Part shown: in pieces, positions 40,901 to 53,039 of the stretch
How positions within the stretch are numbered: position 1 is the first letter of the stretch
How the letters are laid out: every line of letters begins with the position of its first letter
Source of the DNA: Meyerozyma guilliermondii
Lineage: Eukaryota
DNA: 64,000 nt
Direction: 5' to 3'
Assembly: GCA_051546255.1 (NCBI GenBank)
Contig: CP128817.1
Location: 1,550,001 to 1,614,000 of the forward strand
Translations under genes and position numbers: made by a program
Notes under the pieces: generated by a model
What the model saw: the letters and a program-made list of their open reading frames with translations, nothing else
Databases searched by the model: none
What the model was told of the DNA's origin: nothing

Positions 40901-41502
40901 ATGACAATATTCTCCAAGGAAAATCGACATTCTTTGTGGAGTTGTCGGAAACGAAAAAGATTCTAGCGAATGCTACTGCAAAATCTTTGGTTATCTTGGA
41001 TGAACTTGGACGCGGAGGCTCGTCAAGTGATGGGTTCGCCATTGCTGAAGCCGTGTTGCACCATCTTGCGACCCATGTGCAGCCTTTAGGTTTTTTTGCA
41101 ACACATTATGGGTCGCTCGTGTTGTCCTTTGAGGGCCATCCTCAGATTCGGCCGTTGAGAATGGCAATTGTCATTGACCAAAATTCACGAAACATCACAT
41201 TTCTCTACAAATTGGAGGACGGCACGGCCCCAGGCTCCTTTGGAATGAACGTCGCTGCTATGTGCGGTATCTCGTCAGAAATTGTGGATCAAGCTGAAGT
41301 TGCAGCCATTAAATACGAGCAGACATCAATGGTGAAAAAAGCCCATGTTGAAAACCCCACCAAGATGAGTTTGGGGCTCCAAAGTGATATCAGCTGGCTT
41401 AGCAACAGCACCAAAAATATCGGGGAAGGAGTTCTTGACTACAATGCCGTCATAAAGCAAAAAAGCTTGAAGACTGTATTTGACATGATTGGAACCATTT
41501 AG
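37906..41502 (+). CDS. MSH6: MutS homolog Msh6
   Basis: PIP box Q(S)SLMSFF, FFKKGKFYELYE mismatch-binding motif, TGANAAGKST, STFFVE, DELGRG, THY. Confidence 0.97.
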   Translation: MPSTPKQKAVETKSSSSKMRQLSLMSFFKPEKPQSSPLLSKQTYPIIKDEVKESKKVVYHDSDKENDADISIELPSHETPLTLECDANFSSKLLPPQSSPIPTQPSVQPIDEPKRPQEGSSPLSKRGRARKSTSYAESDDEDVTVKRKKTRRIDDSDDDEDEFKAEDLSDDDDDMSDFIDDEAEPSAEEAEDIEILDAEEEVVKPRKKPRKSSPKNSPSPVSTTETTNVLGEKFKAGSSYSAQPKQVATKLVTKAAKSPPKNFAKENEERYQWLVNVRDAEKRTMDDPNYDPRTLYIPQSAWSKFTAFEKQYWEIKGVMWDTVVFFKKGKFYELYENDATIANSEFDLKIAGGGRANMKLAGIPEMSFEYWAKEFISHGYKVAKVDQKESLLAKEMRGGGTKEEKIIKRELTGVLTGGTLTDLNMLSDDMSTYCLSIKQFDNWFGVVFVDTATSELNFYQFEDDNECTKLETLVTHVRPKEVICEKHNLSSTATKILKYTAQPSNQIWNTLNPNTEFWDYDTTLEKLVSSKYYDATDLDDFSNYPDALIAFKDKNQYAFSAFGGLLSYLKFLKLDHNIMTMGNIREYQITTRLAKNMILDGITLNNLEILTNSFDGSDKGTLFKLLNRAQSPFGKRMLKNWVLNPLMVSSDINDRLDSVEYLMGEGAEIKDILEKSLLGLPDLERLIARTHSKNIKFKDFLKLIEGFEKVCGTLQNLKDFVKESCGSLYKYLQGFPTELKSCVNEWEDAFDRSEALNDVVVPATGVDESFDASSDRMKKLEDILNEHLRKYKKEYRSNEICYKDSGKEIYLIEVPNKVKNIPSDWHQMGSTSKVKRFWSPEVKKLARELMEQRETHKMVCETLRFRMYERFCKHYKVWKSTIHVLANIDCIIALTKTSETLGQPSCRPQFVEADTGLIDFKDLRNPCFVTSGEFIPNDVSLGGDEAHFGLLTGANAAGKSTLMRTTAMAVVMSQIGCFVPASHARLTPVDKIMTRLGANDNILQGKSTFFVELSETKKILANATAKSLVILDELGRGGSSSDGFAIAEAVLHHLATHVQPLGFFATHYGSLVLSFEGHPQIRPLRMAIVIDQNSRNITFLYKLEDGTAPGSFGMNVAAMCGISSEIVDQAEVAAIKYEQTSMVKKAHVENPTKMSLGLQSDISWLSNSTKNIGEGVLDYNAVIKQKSLKTVFDMIGTI

Positions 41503-41565
41503 GTACAGGAATTTCAGGCGCAAGTATCTCTCCATTTTTCGGTGCAACCAATTACCTTATTGAAA

Positions 41566-42075
41566 ATGATTGCTACTCTTGGATTGAACACTGGTGCTCC
41601 TTACCATTTATTTCTTTACTCAATTGCCCTCGGAGGCTCAGTATTCCACAGTTTTGTGGTATCTCCACTTGCTTTTAAGCACTTGCCTCGTCAAGAATTT
41701 GGAAATCTTCAGAATAAAGTCTTTCCCACATACTTTATAGGCCAAGCAGTGGTGCCTCTAGTGTTGGGACTCACCTCGCCTTTCAGATTGTGTCCATTTC
41801 TGACCGGAGTCTTGGCCGTTTCCGGTATTGCTGGTGCGTTGAACTACCTTGTCTTGTTGCCTATTTGTCGTAATATCAAGGAACAAAGAGACAAGTTGGT
41901 GGCCAACAAGCTCCACGAAACCATTGAGGGAGGAGAAGTCAAACCTAGTGACAAGTACACAGAGTTGAACAAGACGTTTGGTATGTACCATGGTATCTCA
42001 TCTTTGCTCAACATTTTGTCCATTGCGTCTTTGGCCATTTATGGTACCGTGATGTCCAAGCGTTTAGTCCGCTAA
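41566..42075 (+). CDS. DUF4149/TMEM205-like membrane protein (YPR098C-like)
   Basis: FHSFVVSPLAFKHLPRQEFGNLQNKVFPTYF ... FGMYHGISSLLN. ATG at 41566. Confidence 0.8.
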   Translation: MIATLGLNTGAPYHLFLYSIALGGSVFHSFVVSPLAFKHLPRQEFGNLQNKVFPTYFIGQAVVPLVLGLTSPFRLCPFLTGVLAVSGIAGALNYLVLLPICRNIKEQRDKLVANKLHETIEGGEVKPSDKYTELNKTFGMYHGISSLLNILSIASLAIYGTVMSKRLVR

Positions 42076-42143
42076 GCGATCAGTCGTGATTCGGCGGTTT
42101 AGTTTATTAGTATTATGTAAATAAGAGTTTTCATATTTTTTCA

Positions 42144-42473
42144 TCATATATACTTTTTGACAGTAGTTGGCTTGTCGGGAATCAAATACCTGAACAACCT
42201 GATCAATCCCGATGCCAACACTATGGAGATCACTACCAATCCAGCCAAGTAGGACAATATCCTTTCATTAGACATCTGTGGATTCAAGAGCCATTGTCGC
42301 ATAATCCAAGCGTACATTAGCAAAATCAGTACAAGCAAAATGAAACTCAAAACTAGAAATGTGAGGTTTCTCGCAAACTCATCATCCTCTGCTGGTGCTG
42401 CTGGCGCCACTGGAGCGTTTTGGGACTGCTTTATATCAGCTTGTGGCTTCTTGGCTAATTTTCGTTCAGACAT
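42144..42473 (-). CDS. Small two-TM protein with C-terminal KKxx (KKYI)
   Basis: 109-aa ORF from ATG 42473 with two hydrophobic helices and a dilysine end. Confidence 0.65.
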   Translation of the reverse strand: MSERKLAKKPQADIKQSQNAPVAPAAPAEDDEFARNLTFLVLSFILLVLILLMYAWIMRQWLLNPQMSNERILSYLAGLVVISIVLASGLIRLFRYLIPDKPTTVKKYI

Positions 42474-42555
42474 GTTTCGCTTCTTCTCCACAGTGCGAAA
42501 TTTAAAATACTAATTACAATTTCGTTTATATAAGAACACTTCCAATAATAAATAA

Positions 42556-45500
42556 CTAGTGTGTAGGGATCCGTGATTCGTTGTCGATGAGGAACTTTCT
42601 GATCTGTGACAAATTCCCGCTCAACTTTTTAAAGATACTAACCTTGATCTTGGCATCATGCAAATACCCCAAAATTAACTCTCCAATCTTCAAAATGTAC
42701 AATGTTTTATCCATGCCAAAAGCAATAGCATGATGGTCTCCGACTCCATGCATTGCAAGTTCGTTTTCAATTGCAATTGTTCGAGGACTTCCGTTGGAGT
42801 AAAGCATCAAACTTGAAATCTCATTCTCCTTCTTCATACTCTGATACTTCATCTTCAAAAACGTTTCAATCCTTCTCATCATGTTCAGGGCTATTCCAAA
42901 CCTTTTCAACCAGGCTTTGTTTGTCTCAGTACTGTAGTTGTTGTTCATGCGCTTCGTCAAAATGATGGAAAATATAGACAACACGGCAAATGCATGAAAC
43001 AAAACCTGAGAATGAATGCAACTTCTCGAAGAATCAATTTCACCAAAATCATCAAGAATTTGCAGACCAAAGCTGACTTCTGCATTATCCATTAATGACA
43101 AAGCTTGAAAATTGGCTCCTGTGCTCATTTCGGGAGTCGAGAACAAAATGTACCGTATGATAAGCAAACAGCAATCCACAACTTGCAAAAAGTTGTCGTC
43201 TTCCAATTTCTCTGCATTTCCCAAACACTGCAAATAATTGTTCGTGAGTTTTTCGACATTGCGGATCCAACTTTGCTCCTTCAAGGACTTGATGTCGATC
43301 AGTGTGGTGAACTTAACAAAATATGCAAGAAGGGCATAATCAAACTGCTCGAGAGCAGATTGTACCTTGTTCATGCCGTCATCATATTCCTTGGATTGGC
43401 CAATGAACGGACTTAAGTAGTCCAAGATCTGTGGAACATTGATGCTATTCAGTTCGTCGTACTGTTTGAGCTCAAAGATTCCATGAAGGAGACTTATAAA
43501 TTCGAATCTGCTTCTTTGAGATAATAGTTCCCCATAATCCTGTCCATTGAAGTTGCCTGACGTGAATTGATAGACAAGGTCTTTGAATGGCACTTTGCTA
43601 GTGTTCAGCTTATTAAGCATATCATCCAAACTAACATTGGGAAGATGTTCTTTACAGTAAGCACGATAATCCAGACAGGTTTTGAAGTTCCAAAGAAACT
43701 CATCATTGACATCTGGTGCCTCCAATGAACCCAAGTCGTTAACGCTCAACGTTAAAGGAACGTTATACATCATCAAAAGGAAATTCGTAAGTCTGTAAAT
43801 CATGAACACAATTCTGTTTTGCGACTGCACTATGATATTGTTTTTGAATTTGACCTGGTCATTGACTGTCATGGAACTGTTGGAAAACAAGTCATTCTGC
43901 AAAAACTCATTCGAGAACAGCTCATTTGTCTTGTTGTAAATTTCCTCATCCTCTCCATGAATAGAGAACAAAATGGTTCTGTTGGTCTTGATGGACGACT
44001 TGACTAATGAGTTCAAAGCATTTAATTGTCTGATAACAATGTAGACGTTATTCTCATTGTCAGAAAACAAACCGTATATCACTGACAAAGTCAAGGATTG
44101 AATCAACCAGAGTGGATTAGAGGACAGTGGCTGCTTCGCCCCGTTTGGACTTCCGTTGGAAGGAGTAGATTTTCTGCTCTCGAGATAAATATGAATAGTT
44201 CGCCTTGAAGCTTCGTATAAATGCTCAGAGTCATTCTTGTTATTGGTCAACAATGCACCCATGGTAGCAACGAGTAAAGGCAAGCAAACTCGAGCACTTT
44301 CACTCGAAGGGTCCTCATTAGCGGTCATACTCATTATCTCGTACTCATTCAACTTTGACGAGTGAATAAATGGGTAATGATAAAGAAAAGTCCTTTCGAA
44401 ATTGTTCAAATAGAATTCCAACTTTTCATTAGAAGGAATTGTTGGTGTCATAACTCCGCTAATAGGATATTTGCTCAAAGCTTTGCTGATCATATACCGT
44501 ATGTTGCTGGTGAAAAGCTTGTTCTTGTTGTAATTATTGGCCGCAAAGGAGTTAGGTTTGAAAAGTCTGTTGGGAGAAAGTCCATCTTGTCCGGAGGTGG
44601 TTTCCTGTGCTAAGTGGGAATTGGTAGATGTTTGATATCTGCCGTTGGTAGGGGGAGGAGATACAACTTGAGGGGAATTGGTCTCCATTCCAGAAGACGA
44701 AACGGAAGGATTGTCATCGTAGAAGGAGTATCCCCCTGGCATGAACCGAGTATTTACATCAAAATCATGGGTCAATTCGCCAAAATCATTAAGAAAATTA
44801 ACATCCATGTTGTTGTTGTTGGAAGGGTTTCCTTCTTTCTGCATGGTATGATTACTTGATTGGTCGTCGTCCATTTCCTGCTCTATAGGACTCAAGGAAT
44901 GTGCTGGCTTGGACTCACTCTTTGCAATGACTGTTTCAGGAACATCGTAGAATGCGTAACCATAATCCTCAGTTGAAAGGTTAGGATTGTTTGCAATGGA
45001 AGTACTGTTTGTAGTCGCGGGAGTAATTTCATTTGCAGAAAATGTAGCATTGGGCATCATATACTGCAAGTTGACGGAGTCAAACGTATTAAATGAGGAG
45101 GAGCTGGCCATACTGTCAGATCTGTGGTGGGGATTAGGAGGATGTTGAGACACAGAGCCATGATGAGACATTCCAAAATCACTATTGGAGTCAAGGGACA
45201 TAGTCGAACCATGGCGTATATCACGTTGGTCCAGATTTGCTCTTGCCATTTGGACTGCGCGGTTGGATGAGGCGTGTTCACTAAGACCTGGAATTGTGGA
45301 GAGATTATTGAACCAATAGCTCTCGTCAGATGTTGTCGTTGCGAGAATTTGAGGGGTTGAAAACTCCACACTATCAGCTTCAGGGTAGCTTTCACTGAAC
45401 TGTGGCAAACCCAGAGCATAGTTTGCACCAGATTGAGCAGAAAACGAAGCACCACGAAGCCTGTTGGGTCTCTTTCTGTCGAAAACTTGTCTTTGTAGTG

Positions 45501-46104
45501 AGCCTGGTTCCTTCGAGGACACAGAACCATGGCGAGGAGGAGTGGGCTTATTTTGCTGTTTCTGCTGACTGAAAAGGTTGAGGTTGAATTGAACGGGGTC
45601 ATAAGGTGTTTGTATGGAATGTTCGGCTTGCAGTTTCGAGTCTTTCACCGCTGGAGAACCGGACGCTTCCAGGTCCATTATATCATCTTCGTCTTCGTCT
45701 TCGTATTCATATTCATCCAAATCGTTGATGGAGCTGTTTCTCTTGATAGACTTTCGCCGAAGCCGTGTGATGGCATCGGCGCAGCCCGCGTGCAATTTCT
45801 GAGCATGACGAAGAAGCAAATCTCGTCTTGAAAATTTCCGTTGGCAAACACCACAGCTAAAGGGTTTTTCCTTAGTATGTGACCGTTCATGGCGGCGCAA
45901 ATGCTCGAGTCGGGCAAAAGCTCTGGTACATGTTTGACACACAAAAAGCCGAGGTTTACCAGATGGAGTAGTACCATAAGCGGTGAGTTCCACCGGTATA
46001 TTTTTCTTTTTCGTGGATCCTGTTCCGGCAGAAACCGACGAGTTGTCTTGACCCATATTCATTTCCGAAGAAAATTCCATTTTTGTAGGCAGCACTTGAA
46101 GCAT
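42556..46104 (-). CDS. ADR1: Adr1/Mxr1-type C2H2 zinc-finger transcription factor
   Basis: TPSGKPRLFVCQTCTRAFARLEHLRRHERSHTKEKPF...RRDLLLRHAQKLH, R.ASFSAQS regulatory motif and a fungal TF middle domain. Confidence 0.85.
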   Translation of the reverse strand: MLQVLPTKMEFSSEMNMGQDNSSVSAGTGSTKKKNIPVELTAYGTTPSGKPRLFVCQTCTRAFARLEHLRRHERSHTKEKPFSCGVCQRKFSRRDLLLRHAQKLHAGCADAITRLRRKSIKRNSSINDLDEYEYEDEDEDDIMDLEASGSPAVKDSKLQAEHSIQTPYDPVQFNLNLFSQQKQQNKPTPPRHGSVSSKEPGSLQRQVFDRKRPNRLRGASFSAQSGANYALGLPQFSESYPEADSVEFSTPQILATTTSDESYWFNNLSTIPGLSEHASSNRAVQMARANLDQRDIRHGSTMSLDSNSDFGMSHHGSVSQHPPNPHHRSDSMASSSSFNTFDSVNLQYMMPNATFSANEITPATTNSTSIANNPNLSTEDYGYAFYDVPETVIAKSESKPAHSLSPIEQEMDDDQSSNHTMQKEGNPSNNNNMDVNFLNDFGELTHDFDVNTRFMPGGYSFYDDNPSVSSSGMETNSPQVVSPPPTNGRYQTSTNSHLAQETTSGQDGLSPNRLFKPNSFAANNYNKNKLFTSNIRYMISKALSKYPISGVMTPTIPSNEKLEFYLNNFERTFLYHYPFIHSSKLNEYEIMSMTANEDPSSESARVCLPLLVATMGALLTNNKNDSEHLYEASRRTIHIYLESRKSTPSNGSPNGAKQPLSSNPLWLIQSLTLSVIYGLFSDNENNVYIVIRQLNALNSLVKSSIKTNRTILFSIHGEDEEIYNKTNELFSNEFLQNDLFSNSSMTVNDQVKFKNNIIVQSQNRIVFMIYRLTNFLLMMYNVPLTLSVNDLGSLEAPDVNDEFLWNFKTCLDYRAYCKEHLPNVSLDDMLNKLNTSKVPFKDLVYQFTSGNFNGQDYGELLSQRSRFEFISLLHGIFELKQYDELNSINVPQILDYLSPFIGQSKEYDDGMNKVQSALEQFDYALLAYFVKFTTLIDIKSLKEQSWIRNVEKLTNNYLQCLGNAEKLEDDNFLQVVDCCLLIIRYILFSTPEMSTGANFQALSLMDNAEVSFGLQILDDFGEIDSSRSCIHSQVLFHAFAVLSIFSIILTKRMNNNYSTETNKAWLKRFGIALNMMRRIETFLKMKYQSMKKENEISSLMLYSNGSPRTIAIENELAMHGVGDHHAIAFGMDKTLYILKIGELILGYLHDAKIKVSIFKKLSGNLSQIRKFLIDNESRIPTH

Positions 46105-46480
46105 GGGAATTCGGAGTTTGAAGTCAAGTTTGTATAATTGTGATAAGATACCTCGACGATGTTCTAGCGTTCCAGCACAACCAAACAGGTACGTTTCAAA
46201 TCCGACAAAATCACCGAACAGACACGGGTTTAAATAGTTTTCGAGATTTCACCCACAAATTTTGGTGAGTGACAAATTCGAGTTTATCAGCAAAACAGTA
46301 CAAAAAAGATAAGATGGTGGGTCTCAACCGATCAATAATGTACTGTGGACACAAGAACAGGTGGATAGAATATCGAATGATCGAAACAAGGAAAGTGGTC
46401 AAAATAATATTTGGTCACAAACCTTTTGTTGGTTGTTCGCTCCAACAAATGGGTCAGGCACACCAATGCACAAAATTGCG

Positions 46481-46757
46481 AAATCTGGGGGAAGTGGGGG
46501 CGGTGGGCTGCCGGTTCGGGGCACGCCTGTATGCACGACGCGAGGGTCATGCTGAATGGGGACGCCCCTACAAGCAATTAAAGTGATACTACGCGGAAAT
46601 AAGCTACAATGTTTTATTAAGAGGTTTCTAGCTAGTATGTGTTCCGAGGCCTTTTTCTTGCCGGCGGATCAAGACTTATTGTCTGGGGTACCTTGTGCTT
46701 GTCTGCAGGTCCATTGTCGGTTAGTTAAGATTCGGGGAGCATCTCCGGTTTGTGGGG
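46481..46757. promoter_or_regulatory. Mig1/CreA-like SYGGRG cluster upstream of ADR1
   Basis: aaatCTGGGG at 46485, GTGGGG at 46494, CTGGGG at 46683, GTGGGG at 46752, plus CCGAGG at 46644. Confidence 0.5.
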
Positions 46758-47110
46758 TAGGCTAAGGCACTGAAATTCTTTTTAGTTTTGTGAGTCCATA
46801 AAGAAATATAATTGGATAGTAGTAGAGAGTTGCATACTAGAACTATGTCAGCGACATTGGTGACCAGTAATATCTGAAATGAGCCAGGCTTTTTCACCTC
46901 CGCGGCTATTATTGCTTACGGACCAATTAAAGCGTTAGGCTGCATACAGCTCGGGCATAAGTTATTCCTGATATAATGGCGGTAAAAGGAGGAAGAAAAG
47001 GAAACATGATCTAGCCGGTTCGAAAAGTTTAAAGAAGCTTAACAAAGTTCAACCCGAAGTTTGACCTGGTAATGCAGGTTAGTACCATTCGTACCGAAAC
47101 CTTGTTTCAT

Positions 47111-47463
47111 GTCACGTGACACTCGTCTTTATCTAAATTGAGACGCACGCTCTAACTCGGGCTATTGTTTAACGGATTTAGTTAACCGATGCGAGGAATA
47201 TGCGTCGTTGCGAGCTCGGCAATAGCGGAGGATAGCCGATGGAGAGAAGAATGACTTTTACTTTTTGAGTTTGAACACAAACATTCGATATATAGTCGTT
47301 CATTTCGCTGTTCGTCGCCATTTGTTTTGCCGTTCGTTCCGCCGTTCGTTTCATCGGATTTATCGAATCTCCGGCCACATGCCCGACAAGTCCCAGATTC
47401 GCTCACCTCCAGCCATACAACACACACCCGCTACACCACAGAACCACCAAGTTATCACGTGAC
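47111..47463. promoter_or_regulatory. Two Cbf1/Tye7-type E-boxes in the ADR1-GRX divergent region
   Basis: GTCACGTGAC at 47111-47120 and ATCACGTGAC at 47454-47463. Confidence 0.6.
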
Positions 47464-47508
47464 CTGCCATCACTTGTGTGTCAGCATGATGGATTGTGCT
47501 CATCTACC

Positions 47509-48204
47509 ATGTCAGTTGTGGAAATCACCTCCGAGGCCCAGTTTACGGACTTGACGCGGTCGGACCCCGATAAGCTCATTGCGCTCTATTTCCACACACC
47601 ATGGGCCCAACCATGTCAAACTATGAACTCGGTATTTAAGACTTTGGCTAAAGAAAATCCATCAGTTTTATTCATTTCGATTAATGCCGACGACCACGCC
47701 GAGATCAGCGAGCTTTTTGAGGTTTCTGCGGTTCCCTACTTCATTCTCATCAAGAACTCTACCATAATCAAGGAGCTTTCCGGAGCAGATCCCAAGGAAT
47801 TTATTGCTGCATTGAATCAGCTGTCAGGAAAGACTGTAACTCCGGCACCCGAGACATCTGAAAAGCCTTCAGTAGAGACTGAGGAATCACCAGAGGCACT
47901 CAACGAAAGATTGAAAAAATTGACGTCTGCTGCGCCCGTAATGTTGTTCATGAAAGGCTCACCATCGGCTCCTCAGTGTGGCTTTTCCAGACAGCTAGTT
48001 GCCATATTGAGAGAACATCAAGTTAAATTTGGATTCTTTGATATCTTGAAGGATGATACTGTGAGACAGGGCTTGAAGACGTTTTCTGATTGGCCAACAT
48101 TCCCCCAATTGTATGTTAATGGAGAGTTCCAGGGTGGGTTGGATATCATAAAGGAGTCTATCGAAGAGGACCCCAATTTCTTTGCTTCTGCTACCGCAGC
48201 CTGA
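47509..48204 (+). CDS. GRX3: Monothiol glutaredoxin with Trx domain (Grx3/Grx4)
   Basis: WAQPC thioredoxin-like domain, [14 protein letters not shown] and GGLDI. ATG at 47509. Confidence 0.95.
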   Translation: MSVVEITSEAQFTDLTRSDPDKLIALYFHTPWAQPCQTMNSVFKTLAKENPSVLFISINADDHAEISELFEVSAVPYFILIKNSTIIKELSGADPKEFIAALNQLSGKTVTPAPETSEKPSVETEESPEALNERLKKLTSAAPVMLFMKGSPSAPQCGFSRQLVAILREHQVKFGFFDILKDDTVRQGLKTFSDWPTFPQLYVNGEFQGGLDIIKESIEEDPNFFASATAA

Positions 48205-48307
48205 TGATATTAATGAGTTGGGTGATAGAGTGAATATAAAAGGTATATACTAAACCTTGAATAGTGTGAATATGTAGTTATACTACGCCTTGTGAATTGT
48301 GAGGTAG

Positions 48308-50026
48308 CTACACCACACCTTGTGAAATAAGTCCATCGAGATCAGAGTCTGACAGAAAGTCGTCCGACTGGTCAGACTCACTAATTGGGTCGCTCATATC
48401 AGATTCTGAGTCCTTGTTGCCGGAACGATCTTCAATATCTTTTCGAAATTGATCTTTTATCGTTTCGCTATACTCAATATCATCCACTAATGCCGTAGTA
48501 TCAGAATAAACCTCTTTAAACTTGCCCCCAAGACGATTATACTCCAAGGGCCGCCTTTCGTTTTTGAGTTTGTAACGAAAAGAATTATATATTCGGGGCA
48601 CAAAGTATCCATCGATCATATTCAAGTCCAGAAACGACGTTTTCATGTGGCACACAACTTCACGATATTCTTGTACCTCCTTGAACACTCGGTTATAAGC
48701 TCTTGTCATCTTATACTGCCGAGGAAATTGGAGACTGAGAGCTCTACTTGACGTTCGCTGACTCTGGACTTTCCTCAACTCATTTCGAGTGTTGCGAATG
48801 CCATACTCTTTTCCTTCAAATATGGGCATGCAATCGCTTTCACTTAAAGCGTTCGTAATCAGTGATGCTGAGTTGATAGAGTAGTTCAGTCCATTCACAA
48901 CATGATAGTTTTCGAGTAATGCAAGTAGTAGTAGGCTGGTATTGCCATATGATGAGAGAACCAGTTCTACCGAATTGAAATCCAGTTCCTCCGCCTCGAG
49001 CTCTTTGTATTTGCTACTGGAAAAGATGATCTTTCCCAATGCGTGGAACAAACCTAGCTGGTTTTCTCGTAAATAGTTGTAGTTTTCTTGTACTTGTTTG
49101 AGGCACAAGCTTGACCAAAACTGCAAGTTGGCTGTGGCCGACCTGATATCACCACACTCTAATATTTGGTCCATGAACTGCTTGAGGTCAGATGAGCCAA
49201 TTTTGTTGAATAAAGCACTTTCCGTGGCCACGATTTTGCTAAGTGATTTCTTCAAGTAGGTGCGAGCTAATGGGTTGAAATTTATGCGCTTGACCCTGTC
49301 CTTGGCATTGACAATTTCCTTCCCAAGCAACGTCTCAACAGTCAAGTTGTTGTCGAGACTAAAGTAATCTCGATCTTGTGAGCCCAAGGTTTCCACTTCA
49401 CTTATGCAAAGCACCAATGGTGGAAGGTTTGCTGAAGAATCTGAGTATATCCACTCCAAAATTGCCCTTCTGAAGTTCTCAAGAGTGCCCTTGTGAAACA
49501 CATTTGGTAGCTCTTCAACAACAACCACACATTTGTTATCTCCAGTTCTATATCGTGCATCTTCAAGAAACTCCAGAAACCGACAAGACTGCGCCATATC
49601 TCCCGCTTCGTCAAGATACTCTATCCAGCTTTCGGGCGGTCTGAGATTGAGCTGGTCGACTCCGGTTTCAGTATATGTGTCGAGTCCTCCGCCAGTAGCC
49701 GCGTTGGACAACAATTCCTTTGCTAGAATCTTGACCGTAGTTGATTTGGAACTGCCAGCAGGTCCCGATAAAATCAAAAGTTTGTACTCAGATTGATGGA
49801 ACAACATCTGGCTTAGAATGTCGCTTACCTCTTTGAGCTTTCGGGGATGTATACAAATATCTTGGGAAACCACTGGAGCATATTTCTGAATCCAGTCTTC
49901 ATTTTTTACTACTTTTTTTGGTGTGATGTGATGATCCTCGTCACTGAAAGTTTCATTTATGGTTTCACACTCGGACGAGTAGTCCGTATCCTCCTCCTGG
50001 ACTTGCTCATGCTTTCGTTTGACCAT
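48308..50026 (-). CDS. RAD24: Checkpoint clamp-loader large subunit (ScRad24/SpRad17)
   Basis: WIQKYAP...IHPRKLKEV, Walker A GPAGSSKST, VEELPN, GDIRSA, LFHALGKI. Confidence 0.88.
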   Translation of the reverse strand: MVKRKHEQVQEEDTDYSSECETINETFSDEDHHITPKKVVKNEDWIQKYAPVVSQDICIHPRKLKEVSDILSQMLFHQSEYKLLILSGPAGSSKSTTVKILAKELLSNAATGGGLDTYTETGVDQLNLRPPESWIEYLDEAGDMAQSCRFLEFLEDARYRTGDNKCVVVVEELPNVFHKGTLENFRRAILEWIYSDSSANLPPLVLCISEVETLGSQDRDYFSLDNNLTVETLLGKEIVNAKDRVKRINFNPLARTYLKKSLSKIVATESALFNKIGSSDLKQFMDQILECGDIRSATANLQFWSSLCLKQVQENYNYLRENQLGLFHALGKIIFSSSKYKELEAEELDFNSVELVLSSYGNTSLLLLALLENYHVVNGLNYSINSASLITNALSESDCMPIFEGKEYGIRNTRNELRKVQSQRTSSRALSLQFPRQYKMTRAYNRVFKEVQEYREVVCHMKTSFLDLNMIDGYFVPRIYNSFRYKLKNERRPLEYNRLGGKFKEVYSDTTALVDDIEYSETIKDQFRKDIEDRSGNKDSESDMSDPISESDQSDDFLSDSDLDGLISQGVV

Positions 50027-50222
50027 AATTCTCAGCCATGCTTTGAGAGAATAATGAAAATGCGAACTGAGAATTGATTGAAATCAATGAGAATTAAGAC
50101 TGAACTGAATTTGAGAATGAGAAGATCAGAAATAAGTACGAAAGTAAAAATATCCATAAGTTGTCGTAAATTGAGTAGCTAGAATACAGGACGCTTACTG
50201 CAAGCACAAATCGATATTCTCT

Positions 50223-52673
<2,451 letters not shown>

Positions 52674-52712
52674 TCAAGTTGCGATTACTACGTGAGATCC
52701 ATACTTTGGAAA

Positions 52713-53012
52713 ATGGCTCCTCCACCTAGACAACAACAAAAACAACAAAACGTTACCTTTGAAAACAGAAGAGCATTGCTTGCGTTCGGAATTACCCTCA
52801 TATCATTGGCATTGCTTATAGGAGTTATAATACATGCCAAGTGGGCATTGAATGTATTGATATATAAGCAGTATGGAAACTTTTTGAACAACCTTGTTTT
52901 TGGAGTTGGAACCTTAATTGCCAATGCTGGCCTCAGTCTACGGTTTGTGTCGTATTTGAACTTGAGGTTTTTGGATAGCAGAATCGACGCAGATCATAAA
53001 AAGTACGTTTAA
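52713..53012 (+). CDS. Small two-TM protein with C-terminal KKxx (KKYV)
   Basis: 99-aa ORF from AAAATGG with two hydrophobic helices and a dilysine end. Confidence 0.65.
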   Translation: MAPPPRQQQKQQNVTFENRRALLAFGITLISLALLIGVIIHAKWALNVLIYKQYGNFLNNLVFGVGTLIANAGLSLRFVSYLNLRFLDSRIDADHKKYV

Positions 53013-53039
53013 TAAGTGTTAATATATAATGCCAAAGTG

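Noticed and set aside
47010..47030. GGTTCGA as a possible tRNA T-loop/B-box
   Set aside because: No cloverleaf, A-box or matching T-stem.
47030..47095. Short words resembling RNase MRP RNA (gaagcttaacaaa, ttgacctggta)
   Set aside because: Spacing is incompatible and the P4 strands were not found.
47111..47120. GTCACGTG as CDEI of a point centromere
   Set aside because: No adjacent very AT-rich CDEII or CDEIII, and point centromeres are not expected in this clade.
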